A stretch of 64,000 nt of DNA, from the NCBI GenBank assembly GCA_002282015.1, contig NCIJ01000005.1:598-64597 (forward strand), given 5' to 3'. The position numbers were made by a program, and so were the translations under genes. The stretch is from Sulfuricurvum sp. 17-40-25 (GTDB taxonomy: Bacteria > Campylobacterota > Campylobacteria > Campylobacterales > Sulfurimonadaceae). Positions 1 through 9,054 of the stretch are shown piece by piece; the first letter of the stretch is position 1, and every line of letters begins with the position of its first letter. The notes under the pieces are model-generated. The model was not told the origin of the DNA. It ran no database searches and saw only the letters and a list, made by a program, of their open reading frames with translations.

Positions 1-1
1 G

Positions 2-1228
2 TTACTTACTATCGCAAGCACATTAAATGTCGAAGATCCCAATGAGCTTAAACGCCAAGACCTGATCTTCGAAATCCTCAAAACACAGGTACAGCAAGGC
101 GGATTCATTCTCTTTACGGGTATTTTGGAGATTATGCAGGATGGTTACGGTTTCTTACGTGCTATCGATCAAGGCTTTAGTGATTCCATGCACGATGCCT
201 ATGTTTCTAGCACACAGATTCGCCGTTTCGCGTTGCGTAATGGGGATATCGTTACAGGACAAGTTCGTGCACCCAAAGACCAAGAGCGCTATTATGCCCT
301 TCTCAAAGTCGAAGCAATCAACTATCTTCCACCTGAAGAGTCAAAAAAACGCCCTCTTTTTGAAAATCTCACACCTCTTTATGCGTTAGAGCAGATCAAA
401 CTCGAGCACAATCCGATGAAACTCACGGGACGTATGATGGATCTTTTCTCTCCTATTGGAAAAGGACAACGCGGTTTGATCGTAGCACCTCCACGTTCAG
501 GTAAGACAGAACTTATGAAAGAGATTGCTCACGGGATTACCAACAATCACCCTGAAATCGAGCTTATGGTCTTGCTCGTTGATGAGCGTCCTGAAGAAGT
601 TACCGATATGGAGCGTTCAGTCAAGGGTGAAGTCTACAGTTCAACCTTTGATGAACCTGCCAAAAACCACGTAAAAGTTGCCGAAATGGTAATCGAACGT
701 GCGAAACGTCGTGTTGAGCTTGGTAAAGACGTTGTTATTTTATTGGACTCTATCACACGACTAGCTCGTGCATACAATACCGTTACCCCATCAAGCGGTA
801 AAGTCCTCTCAGGAGGGGTTGATGCCAATGCCCTGCACAAACCAAAACGTTTCTTCGGTGCCGCACGTAACATCGAAAATGGTGGAAGTTTGACCATCAT
901 TGCAACCGCATTGGTCGAAACCGGCAGTAAAATGGACGAGGTTATTTTTGAAGAGTTCAAAGGTACCGGTAACTCCGAAGTCGTTCTCAGCCGTAAGATC
1001 TCTGAACGACGTATTTACCCGGCTATCGATATCCTCAAATCAGGAACACGAAAAGAAGAGCTTCTTTTGGGTGCAGACGTTTTACAAAAAGTCTTTATTT
1101 TACGTTCAATGCTGCACAAACAAGAAGATGAAGTCGAGGCACTACGTTTCCTCTACAGCACCATGAACAAGAGCAAAAGCAATGCTGAGTTTTTGGACAG
1201 CATGAATAACGGCGAGTCAGCCAAATAA
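2..1228 (+). CDS. rho: Transcription termination factor Rho (5' end lies outside the window)
   Basis: The frame of ORF 125..1228 stays open back to nt 2 (..[33 protein letters not shown]). RNA-binding block [16 protein letters not shown], Walker A PPRSGKT, and [13 protein letters not shown]. Confidence 0.95.
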   Translation, partial: LLTIASTLNVEDPNELKRQDLIFEILKTQVQQGGFILFTGILEIMQDGYGFLRAIDQGFSDSMHDAYVSSTQIRRFALRNGDIVTGQVRAPKDQERYYALLKVEAINYLPPEESKKRPLFENLTPLYALEQIKLEHNPMKLTGRMMDLFSPIGKGQRGLIVAPPRSGKTELMKEIAHGITNNHPEIELMVLLVDERPEEVTDMERSVKGEVYSSTFDEPAKNHVKVAEMVIERAKRRVELGKDVVILLDSITRLARAYNTVTPSSGKVLSGGVDANALHKPKRFFGAARNIENGGSLTIIATALVETGSKMDEVIFEEFKGTGNSEVVLSRKISERRIYPAIDILKSGTRKEELLLGADVLQKVFILRSMLHKQEDEVEALRFLYSTMNKSKSNAEFLDSMNNGESAK

Positions 1229-1229
1229 A

Positions 1230-1982
1230 ATGCGTGTTGGAGTCTTTGACAGCGGCGTTGGAGGCTTAAGCGTCGTTAAATCGTTGCTAGAGCACCAGCT
1301 TTTTGAAGAGATCATCTATTTTGGTGATACTGCCCGTGTCCCTTATGGGGTAAAAGACCAAAATACCATCATCCGATACTCTCTCGAAGCCCTCGAATTT
1401 TTCAAAAACTTTGAAATCGATTTGTTGATCACTGCGTGTAATACCGTCAGCGCGTATGCTCTGGCTGAAATGCGTTTGCACAGCAAATACGACGTTATCG
1501 GTGTGGTTGATCCCGGTGTATTAGCACTGAAAAACGCAATGCCCGACACCAATGCCGATATATTGATTCTAGGGACCAAAGCAACTGTCAAATCGCAAGC
1601 CTATGAAAAAGGGCTTCAAGAGCTTGGCTACCATAATTTAAGCGCTATTGCCACTACATTACTGGTCCCGATCGTTGAAGAGGGATTGTACGATGGAGAA
1701 ATCCTGCAAAGTACTTTGCACTACTACTTTTCCAATCTCTCCAAAGCACCTGATGCCATCATCTTAGGATGTACCCATTTTCCTCTTGTTGCCGATGCTA
1801 TTCATCGCTATTTTGACGGAAAAAGCACCCTGATCCACTCCGGTGAAGCGATTGTCGAATATCTCGAAAAACATTACGATTTGACTCAACGTTATGCGCG
1901 TACAGAACTTAAATTTTTTGCTTCCGAGAATCCGGAGGGCTTACGTAAAACTGCCCGTGAGTGGCTAGGAGAAAATATATGA
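1230..1982 (+). CDS. murI: Glutamate racemase
   Basis: MRVGVFDSGVGGLSV N-terminus plus both catalytic Cys blocks (ITACNT and ILGCTHFP). Confidence 0.93.
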   Translation: MRVGVFDSGVGGLSVVKSLLEHQLFEEIIYFGDTARVPYGVKDQNTIIRYSLEALEFFKNFEIDLLITACNTVSAYALAEMRLHSKYDVIGVVDPGVLALKNAMPDTNADILILGTKATVKSQAYEKGLQELGYHNLSAIATTLLVPIVEEGLYDGEILQSTLHYYFSNLSKAPDAIILGCTHFPLVADAIHRYFDGKSTLIHSGEAIVEYLEKHYDLTQRYARTELKFFASENPEGLRKTAREWLGENI

Positions 1983-3592
1983 GCCAAAAATCTGAAGTCT
2001 TAGCACTTAAATACCGTCCAAGACGATTTGAAGAACTGATCGGTCAAGAGAGTATTTCTCAAACACTTTCTTTGGCACTTGATACCAAACGTTTATCCCA
2101 CGCGTACCTCTTCTCAGGCCTACGTGGTTCGGGCAAAACCTCTACGGCGCGGATTTTAGCTAAATCACTGATGTGTGATGATGGCCCGACCTCATCGCCC
2201 TGTGACATATGTCCCAACTGTACGATGGCCAACGAGGGACGACACATTGATATTATCGAGATGGATGCCGCATCCAGCCGAAAGATCGATGATATACGGG
2301 ATTTGATCGAACACACCAAATACCGTCCAGCCAGTGGCAAGTACAAGATATTTATCATCGATGAAGTCCATATGCTCACCAAAGAGGCTCATAACGCATT
2401 ACTAAAAACGCTAGAAGAGCCTCCTGAGTATGTGAAATTCATCCTTGCAACAACCGATCCGCTTAAACTACCTGCCACTATTTTGAGCCGTACCCAGCAC
2501 TTTCGTTTCAAGCGTATCAGTATCCCCAATATCGTTCATCATCTCTCCCATATCCTCCATTTAGAAAAAATTGAATTTCAAAATGAAGCGCTTGATATTT
2601 TGGCACGCAGCGGCTTTGGAAGTCTGCGCGATACACTTACCCTACTCGATCAAGCTATCATTTACTCCAAAGGCTTTGTAGACGTCCAAACCATTGCCGA
2701 CATGTTAGGACTGCTGGACCCAAAATACATAGATACGCTTTTTGATGCCATCTTTGCCAAAGATCGTCCAGTATTGATTGAAAAGCTCAAAGAACTCGAA
2801 GCCTATGAAGCGGAGATGGTCGTAGATGAACTGATCGCGTATCTCAAAGACAAACTGTATGAGGGGAGTCATCGATTTAGTCCCCTGATCATTGAACGCT
2901 TTTTTCGAATTCTCAGCGATGCAAAAACTCTCTTTGCTATCAATGCCGATGGCGGCTTTGTCATCAGCTTGATTGTCTTTAAAATGATCGAAGCCTTAAA
3001 GATCAAAGAGATTGATGAGATGATCGAATCACTCGAATCCCGTACACCAATGCATGATATTCCAGTAGCAGCAGCTCACAAAGTACCTGAAGCCCAAACT
3101 CCAAATATCCACGTTGTGCCTGACACCCCTAGTAAATCTTCATTTGAACTTCTTTGCGATAAGATCCGTGATCGCAGCATTACCTTGGGTGAATGCTTTG
3201 AGCGTAATGTTGCCTTCCTCTCTTATGAAGACAATACTCTTACATGGGAAAGCTGTGCATCAGGGGATGATAAAGAACTGCTCAAAAACAGCTTTGGGAT
3301 TATTCGTCAATTTGTCCGAGAAATTTACGGGATTGACACTGTCATCAAATCAGAAGCCTGCAGTAAAGAAAGCATTGAAGCTGAAGCGCCCATAGAGACT
3401 CCTACTGAGCCTTTATTTGAATCTGCATCGATGATTGAAGAATCTGAGATCAGTGTGGGAAGCTGTGTAAGCCAATGCGATGAGACCAGTGTCAAAGAGT
3501 TTGACGGTTCAGATGTTCTTAGTGAGCCGATGATCGCAAAGGCGGCAGAACTCTTTGAAGCAACCAAAATTACGGTGCAATCAAAGGTTTAA
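1979..3592 (+). CDS. dnaX: DNA polymerase III subunit gamma/tau
   Basis: KYRPRRFEELIGQE, Walker A GLRGSGKTSTARILAK, Zn module CDDGPTSSPCDICPNC, IIDEVHMLT. The ATG at 1979 overlaps the murI TGA (ATATGA) and is preferred over the GTG at 1961. Confidence 0.92.
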   Translation: MSQKSEVLALKYRPRRFEELIGQESISQTLSLALDTKRLSHAYLFSGLRGSGKTSTARILAKSLMCDDGPTSSPCDICPNCTMANEGRHIDIIEMDAASSRKIDDIRDLIEHTKYRPASGKYKIFIIDEVHMLTKEAHNALLKTLEEPPEYVKFILATTDPLKLPATILSRTQHFRFKRISIPNIVHHLSHILHLEKIEFQNEALDILARSGFGSLRDTLTLLDQAIIYSKGFVDVQTIADMLGLLDPKYIDTLFDAIFAKDRPVLIEKLKELEAYEAEMVVDELIAYLKDKLYEGSHRFSPLIIERFFRILSDAKTLFAINADGGFVISLIVFKMIEALKIKEIDEMIESLESRTPMHDIPVAAAHKVPEAQTPNIHVVPDTPSKSSFELLCDKIRDRSITLGECFERNVAFLSYEDNTLTWESCASGDDKELLKNSFGIIRQFVREIYGIDTVIKSEACSKESIEAEAPIETPTEPLFESASMIEESEISVGSCVSQCDETSVKEFDGSDVLSEPMIAKAAELFEATKITVQSKV

Positions 3593-3600
3593 CGCAAGTC

Positions 3601-4356
3601 TTATTTCTTTTTCCACACCGACATCTGAGAAATCGTGTATTGAAATTTACGCGGTGTTTCACGGATGACAAAAGGGACGTCTTCTGTAGTAACGAGTTCA
3701 AAGTTTTCTCCCAGCATATCGATCAGAGCATTGAGCGTCGTGATTTCCTTGCCGTTTTCATCTGCATAACCACCTACCCAGAACTCTTTAGCCGTGTATT
3801 CTTCTTTCCAGGTATAAGGAGAGGTCAGTACCAAAATCCCATTTTCATTCAGACGTTCATGGATACTTTTCAAAAACAGGTGTGGCTGATACAATCGGTC
3901 GATAAGGTTCGTTGCCATTATCAAATCGTATTCTGTAAACTCTGGATTTAGCGCACATGCATCGCCTTGCGAAAAATGCACTTTATCACTCACTGCACCA
4001 AATCCGAAATCATCGATAGCCACTTCTTTACGGTTTTTGATCTCCCCTTCGCCGTTTTGCGTATAGCTAATACGTCCCGCTTTTTGGAATTCACTCCCCA
4101 CATTGACAAAGGCCTGTGAATAATCGATTCCGTCAACATAGTCAAACTTCTTTGCCAACTCAAACGATGCGTATCCTGTTGCACATCCTAAATCCAGCGC
4201 TTTTTTTTGAGGTGTATTTTTACTATATTCAATTGCTTTATGGGCACATGCTTTTGCAAAATTGGTCACACCAAAATATTCATCTCCATATTGAAAATCG
4301 CAGTATTGCCCCACGAGTTCATCGGTTTCATAAATGTTTGTTTCTTTCGTATTCAT
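3601..4356 (-). CDS. Stand-alone class I SAM-dependent methyltransferase resembling the OvoA C-terminal domain (putative 4-mercaptohistidine N1-methyltransferase family)
   Basis: N-terminal NIYETDELVGQYCDFQYGDEYFGVTNF block as I recall it for the ovoA_Cterm family. SAM motif I ALDLGCATGYASFELA. Lies 12 nt downstream of the ARH-family gene on the same strand. Confidence 0.6.
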   Translation of the reverse strand: MNTKETNIYETDELVGQYCDFQYGDEYFGVTNFAKACAHKAIEYSKNTPQKKALDLGCATGYASFELAKKFDYVDGIDYSQAFVNVGSEFQKAGRISYTQNGEGEIKNRKEVAIDDFGFGAVSDKVHFSQGDACALNPEFTEYDLIMATNLIDRLYQPHLFLKSIHERLNENGILVLTSPYTWKEEYTAKEFWVGGYADENGKEITTLNALIDMLGENFELVTTEDVPFVIRETPRKFQYTISQMSVWKKK

Positions 4357-4368
4357 CCTATCCCTTTG

Positions 4369-5433
4369 TTATTTTTTCAGAAGTGGTAATTGGTTCAATA
4401 GATTATCACAATAATCCCATTGTTCCAAGGTTTCCTGCCACTCTTTAGGTATAGCGTTTACACCCCTGTACGCTCCTAAAACCATTCCGATAGCTATAGA
4501 GCGTGATGCATTATCCCCCCCTACCATCGCATTGGCTTGGAGTGCTTTCTTTAACCCGTCTTCTTGATCAGCGTATTTGAGGATGAAGTAGACAGCACCT
4601 GGCAATGTCCCCTCTGTCGGGCTGGCTTTTCCGACTTTGATAGGTTCTGAACGTCCGATGTCCCAAAGTCGTGCCATACTGGTCAATGCCAAATCATCGG
4701 CAAACGGCTCACGAGACAGCGGCGCATCAGGATTGGTTGCCTCTTTGTATTTTGCAATCGCCTGAACGACTTTTGTTTCAAAGAAACCACCCATTTGAAC
4801 CGCAACCGATTCAATCGCATCTTGAGGTGTGGCGCCGTTTATCACACGATGGGTCACTCGTGCAAAAAACTCTCCTCCACCCAGTGCTTCGCTACTCTTA
4901 TGCGTAAACATCGATTTACGTGCAACATCTACAAGCTCCTCTTCGGTTTCATAGTAGGCATGTGCCGCAACATGACGAATCGCCATAGCGTTTGAGATTC
5001 CACCCAACTGTTCAACCGGGAATCCATTTTTTATCTGCGAATAAGTCTCTTTGGTCATGGTACATATCCATGAACCCCAGTTGTTTTCCAAACGATTCAT
5101 CCAGTGGGGTATTATCTCCGCCACACTAAACGCTCTTGGAGGATTGGCAGTAGCAGCTAAGTGCTCTAACACTACGATATTATAATCACCGTAGTCCGTC
5201 GTACCTCCTGCACTCTTACCGGGATGATAATTTCGCTCTCCCCATCCGATTCCATGAGTTTGTCCCCCCATCATTTCACCCGGTGCCATAAATTTTTCAA
5301 TAGGTTTATTCCCATACGCTTTGTATATTTTCTGAGCATCGTATTCGTAATGACTCCCTAAACATAAGGCATCACCGATGATTGCTCCCATAAAAGCACC
5401 CTTAATTGATTCTTCTTTTGATATATTGTTCAT
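4369..5433 (-). CDS. ADP-ribosylglycohydrolase (ARH/DraG) family protein, divergent metal-site motifs
   Basis: GAIIGDALCLGSHYEY N-terminal ARH block. The C-terminal block is GGDNASRSIAIGMVLGA where the canonical form is GGDTDT..GA. The ATG at 5433 follows an AGGTGA RBS and is preferred over the track's GTG at 5442. Confidence 0.75.
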   Translation of the reverse strand: MNNISKEESIKGAFMGAIIGDALCLGSHYEYDAQKIYKAYGNKPIEKFMAPGEMMGGQTHGIGWGERNYHPGKSAGGTTDYGDYNIVVLEHLAATANPPRAFSVAEIIPHWMNRLENNWGSWICTMTKETYSQIKNGFPVEQLGGISNAMAIRHVAAHAYYETEEELVDVARKSMFTHKSSEALGGGEFFARVTHRVINGATPQDAIESVAVQMGGFFETKVVQAIAKYKEATNPDAPLSREPFADDLALTSMARLWDIGRSEPIKVGKASPTEGTLPGAVYFILKYADQEDGLKKALQANAMVGGDNASRSIAIGMVLGAYRGVNAIPKEWQETLEQWDYCDNLLNQLPLLKK

Positions 5434-5493
5434 AGTATTCACCTAATTTTTCTAAGATTCTAACCAACCAAGATCTAAATACCAAATGATTCC

Positions 5494-5522
5494 TTGCACA
5501 TTTAATATTTTTCAGTTATAAT
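5494..5522 (+). promoter_or_regulatory. Sigma70-type promoter of cspA
   Basis: TTGCAC (5494-5499), 17-nt spacer, TATAAT (5517-5522). This predicts a leader of about 150 nt before the cspA ATG. Confidence 0.6.
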
Positions 5523-5677
5523 TAAGTCATAGAAAGATGATTTTTAGAGTTTCATCTTTAGGTAAGTGTTTTATTAGAGGCCTTGTGCCACCAGTATGAT
5601 TACCCTTTAGAATACTCCAATATTAGATTTTCGACCATCTTGGCAACAAGATGTATTAACAACAAAAGGGTTACCAC

Positions 5678-5896
5678 ATGGCAGCTACAGTAAACGGAAC
5701 AGTTAAATGGTTCAACAGTGAAAAAGGTTTTGGATTTATCCAACAAGACAACGGAGACAAAGATTTGTTTGTACACTTTCGTCAAATCAACCACACTGGT
5801 TATGGTCGTGTTTCTCTAGAAGAGGGTCAAAAAGTATCTTATACTGTTGGCCAAGGCGATAAAGGTCCACAAGCAGAAAACGTAACTGTTCTCTAA
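5678..5896 (+). CDS. cspA: Cold-shock protein (CspA family)
   Basis: [15 protein letters not shown] (RNP1) and DLFVHF (RNP2); 72 aa. Confidence 0.95.
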   Translation: MAATVNGTVKWFNSEKGFGFIQQDNGDKDLFVHFRQINHTGYGRVSLEEGQKVSYTVGQGDKGPQAENVTVL

Positions 5897-5905
5897 GTTT
5901 ACCTT

Positions 5906-5923
5906 GGGCAGATTTATCTGCCC
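5906..5923 (+). terminator. Hairpin terminator candidate after cspA
   Basis: Perfect 8-bp stem GGGCAGAT/ATCTGCCC with a TT loop, 10 nt after the stop. The downstream T-tract is weak (GCTCTTTC). Confidence 0.55.
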
Positions 5924-6052
5924 GCTCTTTCACTACTACCCTTATTTAATTCATACTATTTCTACTAACTATTTACCTAAACGAAACATTCATTAATTTA
6001 TTCCGCTAAGGCACCAACGGGTGTTTTAAAGAGCAATTTTAAAGGATAATGT

Positions 6053-6238
6053 ATGGAAAGCAGAGAAGCAGTCATAGCAGCACTAGCAGCAGGCAAAAAA
6101 CTCACCAGTACGGTTACCGGACTTCAATACATTTACATCGACGGAAAGCTACATGCTCGTCACGGTGAAAAGAATGACTGGAATTCCAGCGCATTGTGTT
6201 TTGACAATCCGCCATCATGGCTCAATCTTCGAGATTAA
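6053..6238 (+). CDS. Small hypothetical protein (61 aa)
   Basis: AAAGGA RBS 6 nt upstream of the ATG. The stop abuts the RBS and TTG start of the ywbE-like gene, so the two are probably co-transcribed. Confidence 0.5.
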   Translation: MESREAVIAALAAGKKLTSTVTGLQYIYIDGKLHARHGEKNDWNSSALCFDNPPSWLNLRD

Positions 6239-6248
6239 GGAATCCATC

Positions 6249-6440
6249 TTGGACGGTAAAGAACGTAAAAATATTCAATCAGGAAAGCGCGTAACCATCG
6301 TGCTCAAAGAAGATCAACGCACAGGAAACCTCACAGAGGGAATCGTGCGAGACATCCTCACCAACTCCAGCAATCACCCGCATGGGATCAAAGTACGGTT
6401 AATGAGCGGAGAAGTAGGTCGTGTCAAAGAAGTCTTCTAA
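6249..6440 (+). CDS. YwbE-family small protein
   Basis: GKRVTIVLKEDQRTGNLTEGIVRDILTNSSNHPHGIKVRL..GRVKEV matches my recollection of the YwbE family. TTG start at 6249 with an AAGGA RBS at 6237-6241. The longer track ORF (6153) overlaps the preceding ORF. Confidence 0.65.
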   Translation: MDGKERKNIQSGKRVTIVLKEDQRTGNLTEGIVRDILTNSSNHPHGIKVRLMSGEVGRVKEVF

Positions 6441-6461
6441 GACTTCTTTATCCAGCAAAAC

Positions 6462-6590
6462 TTAGTTATTATTCCCGCGAACAACACGTTTAACATCATC
6501 AACACCCGAGCTTACGCCATCACCAAACTCTTTTACTGTACATCCGCTAAACACTGCAACTGCCAATACCGAAAAAATAAAAAAACGCAT
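6462..6590 (-). CDS. Small lipoprotein (42 aa), absent from the ORF track
   Basis: Reverse strand encodes MRFFIFSVLAVAVFSGCTVKEFGDGVSSGVDDVKRVVRGNNN*. Lipobox VFSGC; AAGGAG RBS 5 nt upstream of the ATG. Confidence 0.65.
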   Translation of the reverse strand: MRFFIFSVLAVAVFSGCTVKEFGDGVSSGVDDVKRVVRGNNN

Positions 6591-6658
6591 TTAAGCTCCT
6601 TGAAATAATGGTGGAATTATAACGCTTTTCCCGTTACTATTGTGTTTCATCTACTCAA

Positions 6659-7042
6659 TTACAAGCAAATATTTTTGATAGTTTCGTAAAGCTCTTGCGT
6701 TTTAATAATATACACTTTGGTTTGCTCTTTTGAGGGAGAGAAGATAACTGGCATCGGATAGCGTGAAGCGATGTAGAATCCATTTAACCGAGTCATCATT
6801 TCAACATAATCATCAAATTTTAAAATATTATCAATCTCAGCCAACAGCTCAACTAAATCATGAACTTTTGTAATCTTTTTATTCTCATAAGCAAATACTG
6901 CTTTAAGACATTTTTCACTCGCTTGCTGTAATGAAAATCCGATCTTATCAGTATAAAAATCGTGCTGATCTAAGAGAACTGCTTCTTCTAAGTCTTTGTA
7001 TGCAAAAGATAACCATTCAATCGCCGCTGATGTATTACCCAT
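6659..7042 (-). CDS. HEPN domain protein (toxin partner of a HEPN/MNT pair)
   Basis: 127 aa. HEPN-type blocks KITKVHDLVELL and FYIASRYP. Overlaps the upstream MNT gene by 8 nt. Confidence 0.75.
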   Translation of the reverse strand: MGNTSAAIEWLSFAYKDLEEAVLLDQHDFYTDKIGFSLQQASEKCLKAVFAYENKKITKVHDLVELLAEIDNILKFDDYVEMMTRLNGFYIASRYPMPVIFSPSKEQTKVYIIKTQELYETIKNICL

Positions 7043-7340
7043 ACATCACCTTGGCATTATAATAAAGATCATTAAATGCGGGATCATTCGTTAAAAGTTT
7101 TACCGATAATGCTTCGGGAGTAACATAGATAATATCGAGAGGGATACGAACGTTTTGACGATAAAGTTCACGACGAACCTGCACATCTTCATCATTACAG
7201 TGTTTTGTTACAACGAGAAAATCAAGATCGCTATCAGCCTTCATCGTTCCTATTGCACCACTACCAAATAAAAGGAGTTTCTGAGGTTGCGCAATACGTA
7301 TAATCGTATCGCTAATTTTCATAATATCATTTTCACTCAT
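7035..7340 (-). CDS. Minimal nucleotidyltransferase (MNT) domain protein (antitoxin partner)
   Basis: LLFGSGAIGTMKADSDLDFLVV is the GS..(n)..DxD pol-beta-type NTase motif; 101 aa. Confidence 0.8.
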   Translation of the reverse strand: MSENDIMKISDTIIRIAQPQKLLLFGSGAIGTMKADSDLDFLVVTKHCNDEDVQVRRELYRQNVRIPLDIIYVTPEALSVKLLTNDPAFNDLYYNAKVMYG

Positions 7341-7370
7341 TTTCTCCCCCTCATTTGTTCATCCTTATAA

Positions 7371-7379
7371 ATTATAGCA
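7371..7379 (-). promoter_or_regulatory. Extended -10 promoter candidate for the MNT-HEPN operon
   Basis: Reverse strand reads TGCTATAAT about 30 nt upstream of the ATG, followed by a GAGGGGGAG RBS. Confidence 0.45.
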
Positions 7380-7488
7380 CAAACTCAAGTAGATGATAAA
7401 TTAGTAAGAAAGTGAAGGGAGTCAAAAGTTACTGTAAAGTTTTATTGATTCGATATAAAAGAAAAAACATTACACAAGCGGGACTTTA

Positions 7489-8367
7489 ATGGACTTACCA
7501 AAATTCAATGAAACATTCCTTCCTATTTTGGAAATTTTATCAGATGGTTCTATTATAAAGGGACGTGATTTAATTCGATTAGTTGAAGAAAAATTTTATT
7601 CAAACTTATCTCAAGAACTTTTAGAAGAAAAAACCAAAAGTGGTGATAGACTCATCGAGAACCGTATAGCCTGGGGCAAGTCATACTTGAAAAAAGGTGG
7701 ATTAGTCCATTATCCTCAACGAGGTTATGTACAAATAACAGACAAAGGAAAATCCGCTAAATCAGAAAATATATCACTTACTGATATTCAATCAAATGTT
7801 ATTACTTTTTTTAAGCCAGAGGATGAAGCTAGATTAAATAAAAATATTAAAAGTGATGCAAGCCCCCAAGATCTAATTGATTCTGGTTTTGAACAAATTG
7901 AACGTGAAGTCAAAAATGAGTTGTTATCAAAGTTAAAAGAAGTTGATCCTTATGCTTTCGAAAAAATCATACTTATTTTATTGAACAAAATGGGGTATGG
8001 TGATTTTATTGAAACTGCTAAGTCTGGTGATGGTGGTATCGACGGTATTATTAATGAAGATCAACTTGGATTAGAAAAAATATATATTCAAGCAAAACGA
8101 TACAGTGAAAACAAAGTTCGTGAAACAGACATAAGAAATTTTATTGGAGCCATGAGTGGTGACACTCGAAAAGGAATTTTCGTAACTACATCTGGATTTG
8201 ACGAAAAAGCAAAAATTAAAGCAAGAGATGCACACCACACTATCATCCTAATCGATGGAGCAAAACTTGTTGACCTAATGCATAAATATAACGTCGGTGT
8301 TCAAACGAAAAATTATTACGAAGTCAAAGCTATAGACAATGATTTTTTTGATGCTGAGGAAATTTAA
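7489..8367 (+). CDS. mrr: Mrr-family type IV (modification-dependent) restriction endonuclease
   Basis: N-terminal winged-helix region (RIAWGKSYLKKGGL) and C-terminal Mrr_cat core GDGGIDGII...IYIQAKRY. Confidence 0.85.
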   Translation: MDLPKFNETFLPILEILSDGSIIKGRDLIRLVEEKFYSNLSQELLEEKTKSGDRLIENRIAWGKSYLKKGGLVHYPQRGYVQITDKGKSAKSENISLTDIQSNVITFFKPEDEARLNKNIKSDASPQDLIDSGFEQIEREVKNELLSKLKEVDPYAFEKIILILLNKMGYGDFIETAKSGDGGIDGIINEDQLGLEKIYIQAKRYSENKVRETDIRNFIGAMSGDTRKGIFVTTSGFDEKAKIKARDAHHTIILIDGAKLVDLMHKYNVGVQTKNYYEVKAIDNDFFDAEEI

Positions 8368-8388
8368 CCTATACAACAAATTAGATAC

Positions 8389-9054
8389 CTACTTGATATC
8401 TAAAATTTTCATAGTATTTACCACTTTTCCCTTACTATTGCTCTTCACATATTCCACAATCATCCCGTGAAAATGAGCAAAAGTACGCTGAAGCATCGAT
8501 TCATCACAATGCTCTCTGATACCACGCTCGCACCACTCCTGTAGATCATTGTAGTTTTCAAACTCATAGCCAAAAGCTCGCAACAATCGTGCCGTATAAC
8601 TATCGACAACCATCACGGGACGCTCACACGCATAGCAGAGAATAGAATCCGCCGTCTCTGGCCCTATTCCCTTTTGTGCCAACAACCATTCTCGTGTCAC
8701 TTCTTCCTTAAAGGCATCAAAGGAACTAAATTCCTCTAGAATAGCTCGAGACAATAGTATGATGTTTTTGGATTTTGCATTGATGAGTCCGCTTGGACGG
8801 ATGAGTTCCATCAAGGTCTCAGGGTCAATTTGAGAAAGTATTTCGAGGCTCAAGGCTTTTGCTTGAGCAAGATTTTCAAGTGAGACCGTGACTCTGGTCC
8901 ATTGAGTATTTTGCGTCAGGATTGCGCCTACAACGACTTCAAACGTACCGTGTTGCGGCCACCAAAGAGGCTGTGAGTTTTGGAGCAGGTCTAAGCGTTC
9001 AAGGGCAGTGTACAGTTCCCATGAATCAGAGAGTTCGGTCACTCTTCCATCCAT
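8389..9054 (-). CDS. Endonuclease III-domain (HhH-GPD) DNA glycosylase-like protein
   Basis: GAILTQNTQWTRV and the HhH block LLAQKGIGPETADSILCYA followed by VVDSYT. Confidence 0.8.
   Translation of the reverse strand: MDGRVTELSDSWELYTALERLDLLQNSQPLWWPQHGTFEVVVGAILTQNTQWTRVTVSLENLAQAKALSLEILSQIDPETLMELIRPSGLINAKSKNIILLSRAILEEFSSFDAFKEEVTREWLLAQKGIGPETADSILCYACERPVMVVDSYTARLLRAFGYEFENYNDLQEWCERGIREHCDESMLQRTFAHFHGMIVEYVKSNSKGKVVNTMKILDIK

Noticed and set aside
1979-3592. Programmed ribosomal frameshift site in dnaX (tau/gamma)
   Set aside because: I looked for an A AAA AAG-type slippery heptamer with a downstream hairpin and did not find one.
6053-6238. Possible DUF2829/Tad2-like anti-defence protein
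   Set aside because: The only resemblance is an N-terminal ..AALAAGKKL.. followed by YIYIDGKL and a DW. That is too little to support from sequence alone, so it stays as hypothetical. An HMM search could revisit this.
6153-6248. N-terminal 32 codons of the track's 95-aa version of the ywbE-like ORF
   Set aside because: They overlap the 3' part of ORF 6053..6238. The conserved YwbE core starts after a TTG at 6249, which has a well-placed AAGGA RBS.
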